Notes under the pieces: model-generated | Told to the model about the DNA's origin: nothing | The model's database searches: none | Seen by the model: only the letters and a program-made list of their open reading frames with translations | Assembly: GCF_964355755.1 (NCBI RefSeq) | Contig: NC_092670.1 | Coordinates: 22,554,795 to 22,618,794 of the forward strand | Length of the DNA: 64,000 bases | Source: Antedon mediterranea | Taxonomy: Eukaryota > Animalia > Echinodermata | Direction of reading: 5' to 3' | Shown here: in pieces, positions 60,301 through 64,000 of the stretch | Numbering within the stretch: the first letter of the stretch is position 1 | Layout of the letters: the number at the start of each line of letters is the position of its first letter | Position numbers and translations under genes: made by a program

Positions 60301-63300
60301 AATGTACATGAATTTCAAAATATCTAAAAATAACATAAAACATAAATTTCTCTTCTTTCTGATCAAATAAAGAATTTGGTAAAATTCTATAAAAACCAGT
60401 TACAGTAGGCTTATTTCAGTACATTCATTACATAAATTATTTTTCTTTCCTAAATATTTCTTGTCAATTTAATGAATGTATGCAAATTGAGTATACAGTA
60501 CTGCCACTGCTGCTGTGTAGTGTAAGATTTGTCAGCATAGGTTTTTAGCAAATCATAATGTCCTGTTTTTCATCAACACTAATTCACTCCATAGATGACT
60601 GGTCACAGACTGTGCTGTATGAAATATGACCGCAGGTGACCATCTACTTTTCTTTGTCCAATCAAATATTACATTTACTGAGGCATGTAACTAGAGAATA
60701 ACAAATTAAAGGTAACCTGCCTTGACCCTCTGAATAAAAAAAAATAGAAAAGAACAAAAATGAAGGCTAGGCTTTTGTATTCATTGACATCCAGGGTTCA
60801 TTATTTAAACTACATCTGGTTCAGGAAGTCTATGGTTAGGTTACCTTGGGGTCAATCAGTTTCCTGGTGTTCATGTCAGTCAATGCCTTCATCCTGTTTT
60901 CAACTTCAATGATTTTTATTGAAATAAAATAGAACAATAAAATAATACATTCATGATATTATAGTATTGACTTTGCAATAACATAAATAAGTAACTTAAA
61001 TAATAATAATAATAATAATATGTTTTAGAACAGTAAACTATTGAAAACCATCAATCATGATTTCTATCTCTGCAATTGTTAATTTTGTATAATCAATTGA
61101 TAAAATTAATGTAATTTAATTTTTAAATTATTATTTTATTAACTATATGACAATAACAACATATAACAATGAAATATACTTTGAATTCTAGCTAGAATGA
61201 TCTCGCCAAATTCATATGATTGCCTTGTGTATTTGTGGTATGAGTTAGTAAACAGATAATTTAATAAGAACTTAACCCATGTTTACCATTATTCATAATA
61301 AAATGAATCTACAAATTCTATCTGACAGGAAAAAAATCTCAAACATGAGCAGAACAAAGAACTGGAAACATTCTGGTAATTTTGTTTCTAAGCGGTACAT
61401 GGCATCTGTTGAACGAGACGTCTATTTTAATGATGTGCGATTGCAAATGGATGCTAAGCTCTGGGCCGAGGAATATAACAGACACCATCCACCTAAACCG
61501 GTATTAACAACTTACTGTTTTGAAAATTAATAAGCTGATTTTGATTTGATTTTTTTTGATACCAGATACCAGATTTGTTATCTGTTTTTTATCATGTATG
61601 GTATGGTATCTACCTGAGGGGTCCCCTGATCATATGTCATCTGCTTTGAATTAATTTGTTATGGACTGACCGAGGAATTAAAATAAACAACATCCATCCA
61701 AACCCATATAATTACAATATACACCTCTATTCAGGGGAAACCTCTATTCAGGGAATTAAGGTGACACTTCGTCCAGAAGGAGTCCCATAATAGAGGTTTA
61801 CTGTGTTTATGAAAACAAATATATTTATAAGTGATAACATTATTGTACCATATCAGTAGTGATATTAATAATATATCATTTTTTTTTCTTTTGTTTCCAA
61901 TAATTATTCATTATTTAATCTTTTAGATTGACATTATGGCCATGTGCATTTTGGAGTTCAAAGATCGACCTGGTAGCCCACTTTACCACATCGAGAATTT
62001 CATTGAGGGTGACTACATGAAGTATAACTCAAATTCTGGCTTTGTCCGAGACGAAGCATTGAGACTCACTCCACAGGTAAAGTCACAATTACATAATATA
62101 GTTGCACGTCTAAAGCTACAGGATGTATACACTATCAAACTAGTTTGACAAAAAACAGTGTGATGTGCCCAAATATGGTAGTCGTATGATGTTTTTAAAA
62201 TGTAAAACATGATTATTATTATTAAATAAATTATTTGGGATATAGTTGCTCTTACAAACACTTGCATGCAGTACATGCAAATTGTATATCTCAGTTTGCA
62301 TGACATGGAAATATTAACATTAACAAATACTTATATACAATACATTATCCGCTGTTGTATTATACTGCCTGATCATCAGATAATCCACTGTGACTCATAA
62401 AAATATCATCACCAACAAGCACTCCTTGAGCATTATTGTAAACTAATCCTGTTGTGGAATCGCATGATTACTTAACTATAGCTTGAAGTAACACTATACA
62501 AATGTAATATGCTAAATATTATAATTCAGGTTAGACTAATTGTGATCTTTACTTATAATATGTAAATCCTTTGATCCCAATAGGAATATGCTGATTTATA
62601 AATCTATTTTTATTTCAGATCACGGTCATCTCATGTCAATGACCATTTGACCATTTACTTTTAATATTATTTTTATTAATCAGAATTTTGTATTATTTAA
62701 TTGTTTTCTTTTTTAGGCCTTCAGTCATTTCACATTTGAAAGGTCAGGTCACAAGTTGATTGTTGTTGATATTCAAGGTAAATGTTAGTTGATAATATTA
62801 ATTTGCATAAAGTTAATTAAGTGTAACTTTACACTACCTGTTTTCAGCAAAAATAATTCAGTTTCAAGTTGAATCAAAATTACATAATTCTAAATATCAG
62901 AACAGATATCTACACATAATATTTGTTGTGCTGATTTTTTGACTGACATTATGAACATATGTTGAAATCCTTTTTGTCACATGACACATTGCTTAAATGT
63001 AACTAATTACAGCTTGGTAATCTACTAATCAACTTAGCTTTCACAATATTAGTTTACAACAAGGTCATACTTTCCAGGTCAGTGTTATGCTAATACTTTC
63101 CAGGTCAGTATTATCCTAATACTTCCCAGGTCAGTGTTATGCTAATACTTTCCAGGTCAGTATTATGCTAATACTTCCCAGGTCAGTGTTATGCTCATAT
63201 TCTCAGGTCAGTGTAATGCTAATGCACTTTATATCAGTGTATGCTAATACTTTCCAAATATGTCATCTAATAATTTTAATAACATTTTCTAAATGTGTAT

Positions 63301-64000
63301 CATTTTAGGTGTTGGTGACCTTTGGACTGATCCACAGATTCACACCTCCAATGGAACAGAGTACAACGATGGAAATCTTGGTACGAAGGGGATGGCGCTG
63401 TTCTTCTTCACACATACTTGTAACACTATCTGTGAAAAGATGGACATGACACCATTTGATATGCACTCATCAGAAATTGCTGATCATTCTAGATATCTTG
63501 ATATGCATGTAAGACAACTAATTAACAACTGATTATGAAATATATTTATCATGGTAATTTTATAGTACATTTGTTTCTAAGGATGATGTGTGGTGGAAGA
63601 GTAGAAGGATCTGTTAACCATATTAAACCAATGCTGAATCAAACATTTTTTTTTTTAGACATTCAATGAAAGAAAAACAAAATATATAATATTTGATTTT
63701 TATAATAATCTTGTATTTTGTAGAAGAATTCATCAACAGTTTGTAGTGGTGAAGAGGAGCCAGTATTCCGCCCTCGTCCTCGCAAATCAATCACACCACT
63801 TGATATGACCAAGTTCATAATACGCGAAGTTAGAGAACGCCACATATCAGAATGCTCCGAAGAAAGCATGGAAGAAATGGATTACAAGTTTGAAAGACGT
63901 ACGTCTTCTGACAGTAACCGATCGTTATCGGAAAGTTCTGACACTATTGGTGATCTTCCACCGTCACGTTTTGCCAATTCCAGACCGGTCATTGATAAGA
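57319..64000 (+). CDS. EEF2K: Eukaryotic elongation factor 2 kinase (alpha-kinase), 3'-partial
   Basis: Exons 57319-57630, 58047-58084, 61329-61500, 61927-62076, 62717-62777, 63309-63508, 63724->64000. CaM-binding 'RRRWQRVMRKA...DPWEDFHLE', 'PFANGAMRECFR', 'DVRLQMDAKLWAEEYNRHHPPK', 'KYNSNSGFV', 'QAFSHFTFERSGH', 'DIQGVGDLWTDPQIHT...GNLG..GMALFF.TH.CN.IC'. Probable non-coding exon ends at 56759. Confidence 0.96.
58382..58535. mobile_element. Harbinger/Tourist-like MITE, degenerate
   Basis: 'acactatcaaact..gtgacaaaaaaatgtgatgtgcccatatatggacatgatgatgtcat...gtttgataatgtaaacaga'. Confidence 0.75.
58631..58777. repeat. Tandem duplication, ~73-bp unit x2
   Basis: 'tctgttcagatgtaaatggttcct(ag)tctgattttattcttttttggttatttattaggatattttatggataat' twice. 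Confidence 0.9.
62114..62192. mobile_element. Harbinger/Tourist-like MITE, partial
   Basis: 'tacactatcaaactagtttgacaaaaaacagtgtgatgtgcccaaatatggtagt'. Confidence 0.7.
63068..63255. repeat. Minisatellite, 26-bp unit x ~7
   Basis: Unit tactttccaggtcagt(g/a)ttatgctaa, degrading toward the 3' end. Confidence 0.9.

Overview
AT-rich, intron-dense animal genomic DNA; probably a marine invertebrate such as an echinoderm, but the taxon is an inference. Most of the window is two tandem + strand polycystin-1 (PKD1/REJ-like) genes. The first is the 3' part of one paralog (1-9414). The second is apparently complete (11060-45116): about 48 hand-built exons, about 4260 aa, with signal peptide, WSC, PKD repeats, four discoidin (F5/8C) domains, REJ, GAIN/GPS, PLAT and a TRP-like channel. 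These are followed by COX6B (-), MFSD13A (+), tRNA-Leu(TAG) (-) and the 5' part of EEF2K (+). Introns hold many mobile elements: two 5S-rRNA-headed SINEs with different bodies, a tandem/composite Helitron, Harbinger-, Tc1- and Kolobok-like MITEs, a foldback/MULE-like element, a BEL/Pao remnant, LINE 3' ends and a MITE-related 55-bp minisatellite. Top findings: (1) the GPS autoproteolysis motif of the complete polycystin has lost HL|T and instead carries a ~28-aa insertion with a furin consensus site (RSKR); (2) a 5S+tRNA+Deu-core chimeric SINE; (3) a read-through Helitron composite next to a paralogous empty site. All exon models were read by eye from splice signals, phase and homology; no database search was run.
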